Shown here one piece after another: positions 46,171 to 55,950 of a DNA stretch of 64,000 nucleotides. Made by a program: the position numbers and the translations under genes. The notes beneath the pieces were generated by a model. That model did not search any database and had not been told where the DNA came from. It saw only the letters and a program-made list of their open reading frames with translations. Origin of the DNA: Myxococcota bacterium. GTDB taxonomy: Bacteria; Myxococcota_A; Polyangia; Nannocystales; Nannocystaceae. How positions within the stretch are numbered: the first letter of the stretch is position 1; the number at the start of each line of letters is the position of its first letter. The stretch lies in NCBI GenBank assembly GCA_039028615.1, contig JBCCHT010000024.1, positions 96,001 to 160,000 of the forward strand, read 5' to 3'.

Positions 46171-47381
46171 TGCGCGCGTCCACGGCCAAGAAGCTGGGCC
46201 TGGTGGCCTCGCTGTACTTTTCCCAGGGCTTGCCCTTCGGGTTCTTCACACAGGCGTTGCCCGCCCTGATGCGCCAGCAAGGGGTGTCGCTGGCGGCGAT
46301 CGGGTTGAGCACCCTGCTGGCGCTGCCGTGGGGCCTGAAGTTCTTGTGGGCGCCGTGGGTCGATCGTCGGGGCAATACCCGCTTCGGCCGTCGGCGCGGA
46401 TGGCTGATCCCGCTGCAGCTGTCGAGCACCACCGTGCTGCTCCTGCTCGCGCTGGCCGACCCCGCACACTCGCTCGTGTGGCTCATCGTGGGGGTGCTGC
46501 TCACCAATTTGTTGTCCGCGACGCAGGACATCGCCACCGACGGTCTGGCCGTCGACCTGCTGGAGCACGACGAGCGAGGCTGGGGCAACGGCATTCAGCT
46601 CGCGGGGTACCGCGTGGGCATGATCGTCGGCGGCGGAGCGCTGTTGGTCGCCTTCGATGCGCTCGGCTGGGCCTTCACGTTCGTGAGCGCGGCCATCTTG
46701 ATGCTGCTGGCCACCATCCCCGTGTGGCGGTTTTCCGAGCCGCCCGCGACGGCGGTGACCGAGTCGGCCACCACCAGCGTGCGCGATGCCTGGCGCTACT
46801 TCAGCCGCAGCCCACAGCGTCGGTCGTGGCTCGTGGTCTTGGCGATCTACAAGGCGGGCGACTACCTGGGCACCAGCATGATCCGCCCCTTCTTCATCGA
46901 CCAGGGCCTGAGCCTGGCCGAGCTCGGCGTGCTGTTGGGAGCGGCGGGGTTCAGCGCGGGGCTGGTGGGGGCACTGGTCGGCGGCGCGGCGGTCGGGACC
47001 TTGGGGCGTCGACGCGCCTTGCTGGCGTTCGGAGTACTCCAGGCCCTGTCGGTGGCCAGCTATGCCCTCGCGACCGGCTCCGACCCCAGCCCCGTGCTGC
47101 TCTACGGCCCGGTGATCTTCGAGCACTTCGCGACCGGCATGGCCACCGCGGTGCTGTTCACGGTGATGATGGATCTGTGTCGCCCCGAGCATGCCGCGAC
47201 CGACTACACGCTGCAGGCGTCGCTGGTCGTCCTGGCCACGGGACTGGCCGCCGCGCTCGGCGGAACGACGGCGCAGGTGCTCGGCTACGGTCCCAACTTC
47301 GTGCTCGGGGCCGCGGTCTGTCTGGGGGCGGTGGCACTGGCCGGGCGCACCCCGGTGGGCACGCCCGTCGAGCCCGCTTGA
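46170..47381 (+). CDS. MFS transporter, AmpG/RhtX/FptX family
   Basis: LYFSQGLPFGF, LPWGLKFLWAPWVD, GRRRGW, SATQDIATDG, ATDYTLQAS; about 12 TM helices. Confidence 0.93.
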   Translation: MRASTAKKLGLVASLYFSQGLPFGFFTQALPALMRQQGVSLAAIGLSTLLALPWGLKFLWAPWVDRRGNTRFGRRRGWLIPLQLSSTTVLLLLALADPAHSLVWLIVGVLLTNLLSATQDIATDGLAVDLLEHDERGWGNGIQLAGYRVGMIVGGGALLVAFDALGWAFTFVSAAILMLLATIPVWRFSEPPATAVTESATTSVRDAWRYFSRSPQRRSWLVVLAIYKAGDYLGTSMIRPFFIDQGLSLAELGVLLGAAGFSAGLVGALVGGAAVGTLGRRRALLAFGVLQALSVASYALATGSDPSPVLLYGPVIFEHFATGMATAVLFTVMMDLCRPEHAATDYTLQASLVVLATGLAAALGGTTAQVLGYGPNFVLGAAVCLGAVALAGRTPVGTPVEPA

Positions 47382-47520
47382 ATGCCGCGCAGGCTCGGCG
47401 AGGCGGCGGAAGCTCGATGTCCGACGTGCCGCCGTGGAGTCGCCGTTAATCTCGCGGGCAGAAACAGCGGGAAGATCCAGTGCCGATCGAAGGGACGAAC
47501 GCTAGACTCGTCCCGCCGTC

Positions 47521-48426
47521 ATGGACTGGAACGACGTCCGCTACTTTCTCGCACTGGCTCGCCTCAAGTCGATTCGCGCCGCGGGTCACTCTTTGGGGGT
47601 CAGTCACTCCACGGTGGCGCGAAGAGTGGAGGCGCTCGAGGAGCAACTGTCGGCTCGTCTCTTCGATCGTAGCCGCGATGGCTACACGCTGACGGCGGCG
47701 GGACGCGAGATGCTCCCGGGAGCGGAACGGATCGAGCAGGAGATGTCGGCGCTCGAGCGCGGCGTCATGGGCCAGGACGAGCGACTGAGCGGCTCGGTGG
47801 CGTTGACCTGCTGCGATCACTACGTCTCCGCGCTGCTGATGCCCGCGCTGAAGCAGTTCTGCCAGGAGTACCCCGCCATCGAGCTGCGCTTTTCCGTCGA
47901 TAGTCGTTCCTTCGACCTCGCCAAGCGGGAAGCCGACGTCGCCATCCGAACCCTGCCGCGTCAGGCGAGCCCGCCCGAGTTCCTCATCGGGCAATCGCTC
48001 GCTCCAGTCACGGTGGCCAACTACGTGGCGCGAGAGCACGCCGCTCGTCTCGATCCAGAGCAACCGGGGGCCGACCCACGCTGGATCTCGTACGCAGACC
48101 GGTCGGCGCACGAACTCATCGTGTCCGGCTCGAGCTACCCCGATCTACCCTCGTGGGGCGGTTTTTCGTCGCTCGAGCTCATGGTCCAAGCGGCGCGCGA
48201 AGGGCTGGGCATGGCCATCTTGCCCACGTACGTCGGCGACCGGGACCTTGCGCTGTGTCGGGCCACTCGCGCCGACCCGCGGCATGCCGCGGACCTGTGG
48301 CTGTTGTGTCACCCCGACTTGCGGGACAACGCTCGGCTCCGGGCCACGCGGGCGCGCGTAGCCGAGGCCCTCGGGGAGCACATGGCGTTGTTTCAGGGCC
48401 AGTGGTGCGCGGTCGCACCGGGCTGA
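47521..48426 (+). CDS. LysR family transcriptional regulator
   Basis: MDWNDVRYFLALAR...LGVSHSTVARRVEALE; DLAKREADVAIR; LWLLCHPDLR. Confidence 0.95.
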   Translation: MDWNDVRYFLALARLKSIRAAGHSLGVSHSTVARRVEALEEQLSARLFDRSRDGYTLTAAGREMLPGAERIEQEMSALERGVMGQDERLSGSVALTCCDHYVSALLMPALKQFCQEYPAIELRFSVDSRSFDLAKREADVAIRTLPRQASPPEFLIGQSLAPVTVANYVAREHAARLDPEQPGADPRWISYADRSAHELIVSGSSYPDLPSWGGFSSLELMVQAAREGLGMAILPTYVGDRDLALCRATRADPRHAADLWLLCHPDLRDNARLRATRARVAEALGEHMALFQGQWCAVAPG

Positions 48427-48440
48427 CCCGAAAACGCACC
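48404..48440 (+). promoter_or_regulatory. Possible LysR binding region for the methyltransferase gene
   Basis: GGTGCG-CGGT-CGCACC palindrome at 48404-48419 and a repeated half-site CGCACC 21 nt downstream; TACGCT hexamer and GGAG RBS before 48484. Confidence 0.4.
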
Positions 48441-48483
48441 GGGTCGCCGCGAATAAGCGGCGCTACGCTCGGTTGGAGCCCCC

Positions 48484-49116
48484 ATGACCACGGAAGCCGC
48501 CTTCTGGAACGACCAGGCCGAACGATACTCCCGCAAGCCGGTCGCCAATCCCGACGCCTTCGAGCGCAAGATCGAGATCACCACGTCCCGCATGCGCCCC
48601 GACCACGTGGTGCTCGACGTGGGCTGCGGCACCGGTTCGCTGGCCCTGCGCCTGGCGCCCTCCGCTCGCGAGGTCCACGGCCTCGATGTCTCGAGCGAGA
48701 TGCTGCGCATCGCCACCGACAAGGCCCAGGCCGACGGTGTCGACAACGTCCACTTTCATTGCGGCCTGCTCGACGAGAGCTTCAGCGCCTTCGAAGACGA
48801 GAGCCTCGACGGCATCTGTGCCTACAGCATCTTGCACCTCGTGCCCGATCGCACGGCCGCGCTCGCCCAGATCCACCGCCTGCTGAAACCGGGCGGATTC
48901 TTTGTCTCATCCACCGTGTGCCTGCGGGAGATGTGGGTCCCGATCGCGCTCATCCTCCCGGTCATGCGTTGGATGGGCAAGGCGCCGCGGGTCTCGAACA
49001 TCTCGCGGAAGACCCTCCGTGAGGACATCGAACGCGCGGGCTTCGTCGACATCGCTCAGCCCGAGGTCGGGGCCGAGCGCCACGTCGCGTTCATGGTCGC
49101 GAGCAAGCCTGCGTGA
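48484..49116 (+). CDS. Class I SAM-dependent methyltransferase
   Basis: VLDVGCGTG; GLDVSSEML; LLKPGG. Confidence 0.95.
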   Translation: MTTEAAFWNDQAERYSRKPVANPDAFERKIEITTSRMRPDHVVLDVGCGTGSLALRLAPSAREVHGLDVSSEMLRIATDKAQADGVDNVHFHCGLLDESFSAFEDESLDGICAYSILHLVPDRTAALAQIHRLLKPGGFFVSSTVCLREMWVPIALILPVMRWMGKAPRVSNISRKTLREDIERAGFVDIAQPEVGAERHVAFMVASKPA

Positions 49117-49128
49117 CCGCATCGGGCC

Positions 49129-49647
49129 TCAGGTCTCCAAGGCGCGGTCGAGCTCCGACCACCACTCAGAGACCACGCCGTCGCGGTGCGCCGCCGCCCG
49201 GAACGTGGCGTGCTCCTTGCGGTACATGGCCAGGAGCCCGCGATTGCCGTCGCGTCGACATCGACGCACGTTGGCTAGCCGATCGGCGACCTTGACCACC
49301 AGCGCTCGAGCGAGGGGCCCCGCCTCGACTCGCGCGAGTCGAGCATAGGTCGCGGCTTTCCGCTCCTTGCGGTTTCGCCCCGGCGAGTCGGTGAGCAGAT
49401 CGACGCAGCCCATCACCCCCTCGCCGAAGTGCTGGCCGACGTCGGCCAGCGTGACCTCGGTGTCTTCGACGACATCGTGCAAGTAGGCCATGATCACCAG
49501 CTCCGGGTCGTGCTCAGCCACCGTGCGTACGATCCCGGCGACCTCGTCGAGGTGAGCGACATAGGGCTCGTCGCCATAGCGCTGGTCGCCGTGCGCCTGG
49601 TCGGCGAAGGCTCGGGCCCGCTCGATCCCACCGGAGGTCTCGCTCAT
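49129..49647 (-). CDS. HD-domain small alarmone hydrolase (Mesh1/SpoT-hydrolase-like)
   Basis: AHGDQRYGDEPYVAHL..VA, AYLHDVVEDT, DLLTD, VKVADRLANVR. Confidence 0.88.
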   Translation of the reverse strand: MSETSGGIERARAFADQAHGDQRYGDEPYVAHLDEVAGIVRTVAEHDPELVIMAYLHDVVEDTEVTLADVGQHFGEGVMGCVDLLTDSPGRNRKERKAATYARLARVEAGPLARALVVKVADRLANVRRCRRDGNRGLLAMYRKEHATFRAAAHRDGVVSEWWSELDRALET

Positions 49648-49674
49648 GGACACAGGCTACCGCCTGGCGCGGGA

Positions 49675-52566
49675 CTACGGGAGCGGGTGTTGCTCGAGCC
49701 AGGTCTCGACCTCGTGGAGCTCGGCTTCGTCGGCGGAGCCGGAGGCCAGTGCTTCGCGAGCAGCGGTGGCGAGTTCATGGGCGCGGGGACGGTCGTCCGG
49801 CGTACTCCACAGCGCTCGGGCCAACAGGAGGCGACTCGCGGCCAGGCGAGCCGGAGGTTCCTCGGCGGCGGTTCCGAGAGCGAGAGCCCGCTCGGCGTAG
49901 GCTCGAGCATCGCTCGGCGCGTCGGTCTCGAGGGCGAGCTGAGCGAGGTTTTGCAGCATCCCCACGAGGCGGGGATGCTCGGGGCCCAGCGCGCTCTCGC
50001 GGAGGCGCAGCGCTTCGAGGTACCGCGCCCGGGCCTCGTCGACTCGACCCTGTGCCCGCAGGGCGTCGCCGAGGCCGGCCACCGAGGACGAGGTGTCGGG
50101 GCGGTCTTCCTCGCGGACGTTGGCGAAGATCTCCAGCGCCCTTCGGTAGCGAGCCTCCGCCTGCTCGTGCTTGTTCTGGGCCTTCAGGGCGCTGGCCAGG
50201 TTGCTCACGCTCATCGCCAGGCCGGGGTGATTTGGTCCCAGGGTTTGCTCGTCGATTTTCACCGCGCGTCGAAACAGATCCTCCGCGCCTTCGAAGTCGC
50301 CCTGGTGCCCGAGCACCGAGCCGAGGTTCGAGGCGTCGATGGCCACGTGGGGATGATCGGGGCCGAGCGTGCGCTCGAGGATCCCCAACGCGCGACGCAG
50401 CCAATCGGAGGCTTCGTCGAATTTCTGCTGGGCGAGCAGGGCGATGCCCACGTCGTTCATCGCCCGGCCGACCTCGGGGTGCTCGGAGCCCAGCTCCCGC
50501 TCGAGGAGCCCGTGGGCCTCGCGGAAGCGAGCCTCCGCGGTCTCGGCTTCCCCTTTGCGGTAGTAGATGTCGCCCTGGTACCCCACGGTGGAGGCCACGT
50601 CGGTGGTCTCGCCGACGCGTCGGGCCAGGGGCATGGCGGTGCGGCTCCACTGCAGGCCTTCGGCCGGGCGTCGCAAGTGCACCCCCACCACCAGGGCCAG
50701 GGCGGTCGCGGCGGTCAGCTCGACCCGCTCGTGGTCGTGGCTCGCCGCGAGGTCGTAGGCGCGGGCTAGATCTTCTTCGGCTTCGGTGTACCGCCCCGCG
50801 TCGCGCCGCAGCGTGCCGCGGATGCGCAGGGTCTCGGCGAGCAACGGGCCGTAGTCCAGGCCCTCGACCTCGGCGACGAGAGGGTCCATCGAGTCGAGGG
50901 CGCGGGTGAAGCTCCCCGCCCGCTGCATCGCTTCCAGCTCGGCGAACCGACCGCGAATCTCGTCGGCCATCCCGGCTACGGCAGGGTCTTCGGGCGGCGC
51001 GATTGCATCGCGCTGCGCGGCGAGCATGGTGAGGTCGTCGCAACGACCGAGCCGGGGCAGCCCGGTCACGAGGTTGACCGCGTTACGCACCACCGTACCG
51101 TCGGCGGTGGCGAGCACGTCCACGACCGCGCCCAGGGCCGTCAAGCGCTCCTGGAGGCAGGCGACGCGCAAGCTCCGGTCCGCTTCGCTCTGCTCCTGCT
51201 GGACGACGGTCGCCTCGCAGACCTCGGTGTACTTGTCCGCCCAGTCCCGGGCGTAGAGGTCGAGTCGCTCCCGCACGCGGGCGTTGGTGGTCGAGGCGAA
51301 GTGCTGCTCGGTGGAGGCGATGGCCGCGTCGATTCGCTGTCGCTGCTCGTCGTCCCAGATCCCGGAGAGCATCGCGCCCGCGCCCGTGCATCGCTCGCTT
51401 CGCTCCACGTAGGTCGTCGCTGCCTGCACCCCGGCGATGGTCAGCAGCCCCAGCACGACACCACCGACCAGGACTCGAGACCGTACCCGGGGGGCGATGG
51501 CGCGCCGCAGCTCGGTGAGCAGCGCGTCCATGCTCGGCCAGCGATCCTGCGGCGCCCGGGACAGCCCCCGCAGCAGGGCCTTGCGGATCGCGGGCGGGAC
51601 CTTGGTGCCCTTGGGAGCCACCGGCGTCTCGCCTTGCATCAGCGGTACGACCATGGCCATCACCGAGTTGCCGGGGTAGGGACGTTCCCCGTACACGGCC
51701 TCCCACAGCGCGACGCAGAAGCTGAACTGATCGCTGCGGGCGTCTGCCTCCTTGCCCTTGTATTGCTCGAGCGGCATGTAGCCCGGGGTGCCGAGCGTGG
51801 CTCCGGTACGGGTGAGATCGGACTGGAGCAGCGAGCTCGTCAGCTCGCCGAGCGACTTCAGCTCTTCGTCTTCGAGATCGATGCTCGGGCTCGAGGTGGG
51901 GTCTGCAACCTCCGACTGTCGGGCGAGCCCGAAGTCGAGCACGCGCACCCGGTCCCGGTCATCGATCATCGCGTTGTTGGGCTTGAAGTCCCGGTGGATC
52001 AGGCCCGCTTCATGAGCGGCGGCCAAGCCCTCACCCGCCTGGATATAGACCTCGACGCACTGCCGCCACGAAGGGCGAGGTCGCTGGCCGATCCATGCCT
52101 TCAGCGTGCGGCCCTCGATGAGCTCCATCGCCACGAAGGTCTGGCCCTCGCGGGAGCCCACCTCGTAGACCTGCACCACGTTGGGGTGGGAGAGCTTGGC
52201 CATGGCCTGGGCCTCCCGCACCAAGCGGGCGGTCTGCTGCTCTCCGATCCCGCGGTGCAACACCTTGATCGCGACCCGTCGGTCGAGGTGCGGGTCGAAC
52301 CCCTCGAACACGGTGCCCATCCCGCCGCGGCCCAAGGCGCCGCCGATGACGTAGTGCCCCAAGACCTTGGGCATGGGCGCGGCATACCCCTCGATGACGG
52401 AGGGGTCGTCGCGGGTCTGCGACGGAAGCTCGCCGTCCTCGGGCGCGCCGGTCTGGTCGCCCGCGAGGGTATCGACGTTCCCCGGGAGGAGGGATTGCGT
52501 CTGTTGCAAGTGCCCCGGCTCGGTATCGGCTTCGGGTGCGAGGCTATGCTCGTCGGCGTCACTCAT
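49675..52566 (-). CDS. Ser/Thr protein kinase with TM helix and TPR repeats
   Basis: GRGGMG, VAIK, HRDFKPNN, DFG, GTPGYMPLE; TPRs. Confidence 0.95.
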   Translation of the reverse strand: MSDADEHSLAPEADTEPGHLQQTQSLLPGNVDTLAGDQTGAPEDGELPSQTRDDPSVIEGYAAPMPKVLGHYVIGGALGRGGMGTVFEGFDPHLDRRVAIKVLHRGIGEQQTARLVREAQAMAKLSHPNVVQVYEVGSREGQTFVAMELIEGRTLKAWIGQRPRPSWRQCVEVYIQAGEGLAAAHEAGLIHRDFKPNNAMIDDRDRVRVLDFGLARQSEVADPTSSPSIDLEDEELKSLGELTSSLLQSDLTRTGATLGTPGYMPLEQYKGKEADARSDQFSFCVALWEAVYGERPYPGNSVMAMVVPLMQGETPVAPKGTKVPPAIRKALLRGLSRAPQDRWPSMDALLTELRRAIAPRVRSRVLVGGVVLGLLTIAGVQAATTYVERSERCTGAGAMLSGIWDDEQRQRIDAAIASTEQHFASTTNARVRERLDLYARDWADKYTEVCEATVVQQEQSEADRSLRVACLQERLTALGAVVDVLATADGTVVRNAVNLVTGLPRLGRCDDLTMLAAQRDAIAPPEDPAVAGMADEIRGRFAELEAMQRAGSFTRALDSMDPLVAEVEGLDYGPLLAETLRIRGTLRRDAGRYTEAEEDLARAYDLAASHDHERVELTAATALALVVGVHLRRPAEGLQWSRTAMPLARRVGETTDVASTVGYQGDIYYRKGEAETAEARFREAHGLLERELGSEHPEVGRAMNDVGIALLAQQKFDEASDWLRRALGILERTLGPDHPHVAIDASNLGSVLGHQGDFEGAEDLFRRAVKIDEQTLGPNHPGLAMSVSNLASALKAQNKHEQAEARYRRALEIFANVREEDRPDTSSSVAGLGDALRAQGRVDEARARYLEALRLRESALGPEHPRLVGMLQNLAQLALETDAPSDARAYAERALALGTAAEEPPARLAASRLLLARALWSTPDDRPRAHELATAAREALASGSADEAELHEVETWLEQHPLP

Positions 52567-52784
52567 GGCGATGACCGGGTGGGGAGGGGAGCCACCTCGC
52601 CAGTAAAGCAAGGCTCGTGACACCTGGATACACTCGTGATCTCAGGCGGCGCGATTCGGCTCTGAAGGGGTCCGAGTGGCTACTGTAGCCACTCGTGGAG
52701 CGGCGTGCGGGGTGAGCACGGCTGCATTTTTTTCCGGGCGAGCTCGTAACGATGTCGTGCGTGCGGGCAACAGGGGAGCGGAGC

Positions 52785-54536
52785 ATGAAAAACCGCCAAC
52801 CGTGGAACCCGGACATCGCCGTCCTCGCGTTGGGCCTCGCCTTATCCGGCGGGGCCGCGGGATGCAACGAAACTTCGGAGCCGGGGCCGACCGGTCCCGA
52901 GCCCGAGATGTTGGTCGCCGACCCCGCCCCGCTGACGCGGCTGACGGCGGAGCAATACAACAACACGGTCCGGGATCTCTTCGATCCGGTGCCGATCGGA
53001 CACATCATCTTTCCCGTCGAGCTGGAAGGGCGTGGCGGATTCGAAAACAACGTCACGCTGAACACGGCGACGCCCGCGTTGGTGGAGACCTACCAGCGAG
53101 CGGCGCGGCAAGTCGCCGACGCCGTCCTGGAGGACCTGCCTGGCGCCTTGGGCTGTGATCCGAATGCGGGCACGTGTGCCCGTGACTGGCTCGTCGGTTT
53201 CGCCGAGCGAGCCTGGCGAAGGCCCCTGACCACGGCCGAGCAAGAGGTCCTGCTGCAGAACTTCGACACCTGGGCGACCGACCACGACGTCACGAGCGCG
53301 GTGACCCTGTCGATCACCTTCCTGCTCCAGAGCCCCGACTTCATCTATGTGCCTCGCCTCGGCGCCGATGCTCCCGCGCCGGGCGAGGCCGCCATCCCGC
53401 TGACCGACTGGGAGCTGGCCGCCCGCCTGTCGTACTTCCTGTGGAACTCCACCCCCGACGCCGAGCTGATGGACCTGGCTCGCGAGGGCCGCCTGCGAGA
53501 CCGGCAGGTCTTGGCCGACCAAGCGTTTCGCATGTTGGCCGACTGGCGGGCGGTCGACATGGTCGTCAGCTTTCACCGCCAGAACTGGGACTTCGACGAT
53601 GTCGGTGCCAATCCCATCGACCTCGATTTCTACGGCCCGGTATTCGAAGAGCGCGGGATGACGGAAGAGGACGACAAGTCCGACTTCTACTACCTCGAGT
53701 ACAGCCCGCAGGCGCGCTTCGAGTCGGACGTCTTCATCGCCCAGCACGTCTTTTACGGCGATTCCCGGCTCGAGACGCTGCTGACCACCAATCGGACCTG
53801 GGTCACGCAAAACGTGGCCGAGATCGCCTACCAGCAACCTCTCGACACGGAGTCCGAGCCCGTCTCCTGGTCGGCCTTGATCCCGCAGGAAGGCAACGAC
53901 CAGCTGCGGGCCTACCAGCAGGAGTACTTCCCGATCGAGCTCGATCCCACGCAGCGCGCGGGCTTGTTCACGATGGTCGGCTTCCTCATCGCCAAGGCGG
54001 GGCCCAGCCAGCCCGCTCCCGTGCGCCGCGGCGTCACCATCATCGATCGGCTCCTGTGCACCGAGCTCCATCCGCCTGGTGACGTGCCGCCGCTGGAGGA
54101 GGCCGAGACCGAAGCGCCCCGCACCAACCGCGAGAAGTACGAGATTCACAAGCGCAGCGAGGCCTGTGCCGGCTGCCATGCGTCGATCGACGGTATCGGA
54201 CTGACCTTCGAGAACTACGACTCGATGGGGCGCTGGCGAGACACCGACAACGGCTTCCCCGTCGATGCGTCGGGCGAGCTGCTGTCGACCGACCAGGACG
54301 GTCCGGTGAGCAACGCGGTCGAGCTGATGCGCAAGCTGGGCTCGAGCCGAACGGTGCACGACTGCTACACGCGGCAGTGGTTCCGCTACGCCTTCGGTCG
54401 CAACGAGACCATCGACGACGCTCCGACCGTCCTGGCCCTGCAAGAGGGGTTCTGGAACTCGGACGGCAACATCATCGAGCTGGTGGTCAACCTCGCCGGT
54501 TCCTACTCCTTCCGCCATCGCCGAGGTCAGCCATGA
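52785..54536 (+). CDS. DUF1592/DUF1588 (PSD/PSCyt-type) lipoprotein with CxxCH
   Basis: Lipobox AAGC; RLTAEQYNNTVRDL; AERAWRRPL; ELAARLSYFLW..PD; PVRRG; CAGCH..IDGIG..FENYD.MGRWR; YAFGR. Confidence 0.92.
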   Translation: MKNRQPWNPDIAVLALGLALSGGAAGCNETSEPGPTGPEPEMLVADPAPLTRLTAEQYNNTVRDLFDPVPIGHIIFPVELEGRGGFENNVTLNTATPALVETYQRAARQVADAVLEDLPGALGCDPNAGTCARDWLVGFAERAWRRPLTTAEQEVLLQNFDTWATDHDVTSAVTLSITFLLQSPDFIYVPRLGADAPAPGEAAIPLTDWELAARLSYFLWNSTPDAELMDLAREGRLRDRQVLADQAFRMLADWRAVDMVVSFHRQNWDFDDVGANPIDLDFYGPVFEERGMTEEDDKSDFYYLEYSPQARFESDVFIAQHVFYGDSRLETLLTTNRTWVTQNVAEIAYQQPLDTESEPVSWSALIPQEGNDQLRAYQQEYFPIELDPTQRAGLFTMVGFLIAKAGPSQPAPVRRGVTIIDRLLCTELHPPGDVPPLEEAETEAPRTNREKYEIHKRSEACAGCHASIDGIGLTFENYDSMGRWRDTDNGFPVDASGELLSTDQDGPVSNAVELMRKLGSSRTVHDCYTRQWFRYAFGRNETIDDAPTVLALQEGFWNSDGNIIELVVNLAGSYSFRHRRGQP

Positions 54537-55936
54537 GCCGCTTCAATCGACGTCAGTTCCTCACCGGGTTGGGCCTGGCCACGGGTAGCCTGTTCTTGCC
54601 TTCGCTGCTGCCTCGGGCGCGCGGGGCCACTGGGGCCCCGCCCAAGCGGCTCATCGTGCTGGTGACGCAGCATGGGGCGTGGATGCCGACCTGGGCCATG
54701 AACCCGGCGGGCAACCCCACGGACGCGGTCTGGGAGCAGGACCTCACCACGCTCTCGGAGTCCGACTTCAGCCGCTCCTTGGCTCCGCTGCACCCCTGGC
54801 GGGCACGGACCATCGCCATCGAAGGCCTCTCGATGGTCTCGGGGGACATCGACCCGGCCGGCGTCCTGCGCCACGAGATCGGGCAGATCCACGTGCTGAC
54901 CGGCAACGAGGTCGAGATGGTCTCGGGCCTCCCCGTCGGCCGGAGCCCCTCCATCGATCAGCTCATCGCCAATCACATCGCGTTGCCGGATCGGCTGCGC
55001 TCGGTCGAGCTTTCGGTAGGCGGCGTGGCCCCGGTGGTCAACTATCGCGACCGGCTCCAGCCCTTGCTCGGCGAGTCCCGGATGTCGGTGGCGCACGAGC
55101 GACTCTTCGGTCTGGTCAACGGTGCGTCCGGGGCCAATGCGGCCACGCTCGAGCAGGGCCGGGTGCTGTCGTTGGTCGAGGAGCGCTACCAGCTGCTCGC
55201 CAACCAGCTGTCGGCCGAGGACCAGCAGAAGGTCGGCGTCCATCGCGACTTGATCTCCGACCTGCAGAGCCAGATCGAAGGGCTGAAGAGTGCCTCGTGC
55301 GAGGTGCCCGAGCTCGGGTCCGTCGACAACTACGCAGGTGAGTGGACCGCCGCGGTCTCCATGCTCACCGCGGCCATGTCCTGCGATCTCGTGCGAGTGG
55401 CCACGGTCAACCTCAGCACGCTGCCCGGCGAGGCCATCGGCATCAACGGTGAGGACGTACACGATGCCTACGCTCACCAGCTCGCGTCGAGCCAGGAGGC
55501 GGTGGACGCGATGACGAACTACACCGCCTACCACGCGGCGGAGGTGGCCGAGCTGCTCACCGCGCTGGATGCCATTCCCGAGGGCAACGGGACCATGCTG
55601 GACAACACGCTGGTGTTGTGGACCAGCGAGCTGGCCGACGGCATCCACAGCCTCGATCGCATGCCCAACATGCTCTTCGGCGGCCAGACCTGGAACATGG
55701 GTCGCTACCTTCACTATCCGTCGGACACCCCCTACGAGGCCTGGGTGTGGGACGGCAACCGTCGCTCCTCCGCGGGCCGGCCGCACCAGAAGCTGCTGTC
55801 GAGCGTCATGCGGGCCTTCGACGTGCCCGATCCCGACACTGGAGAACAGTGGAGCGCCATGCCGATCCGCGAGCTGCGAGGAATGGGCGGGGCCACCATC
55901 GACTGCACTGGCGTCCTGGACGAGCTTTGGACCTGA
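54533..55936 (+). CDS. DUF1552 family Tat-exported protein
   Basis: Tat signal NRRQFL...FLPSL; PPKRLIV; SIDQLIA; CDLVRVAT; EGNGTMLDNTLVLWTSEL; ATGA overlap with the upstream gene. Confidence 0.92.
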   Translation: MSRFNRRQFLTGLGLATGSLFLPSLLPRARGATGAPPKRLIVLVTQHGAWMPTWAMNPAGNPTDAVWEQDLTTLSESDFSRSLAPLHPWRARTIAIEGLSMVSGDIDPAGVLRHEIGQIHVLTGNEVEMVSGLPVGRSPSIDQLIANHIALPDRLRSVELSVGGVAPVVNYRDRLQPLLGESRMSVAHERLFGLVNGASGANAATLEQGRVLSLVEERYQLLANQLSAEDQQKVGVHRDLISDLQSQIEGLKSASCEVPELGSVDNYAGEWTAAVSMLTAAMSCDLVRVATVNLSTLPGEAIGINGEDVHDAYAHQLASSQEAVDAMTNYTAYHAAEVAELLTALDAIPEGNGTMLDNTLVLWTSELADGIHSLDRMPNMLFGGQTWNMGRYLHYPSDTPYEAWVWDGNRRSSAGRPHQKLLSSVMRAFDVPDPDTGEQWSAMPIRELRGMGGATIDCTGVLDELWT

Positions 55937-55950
55937 GGGAGCACCTGCGC

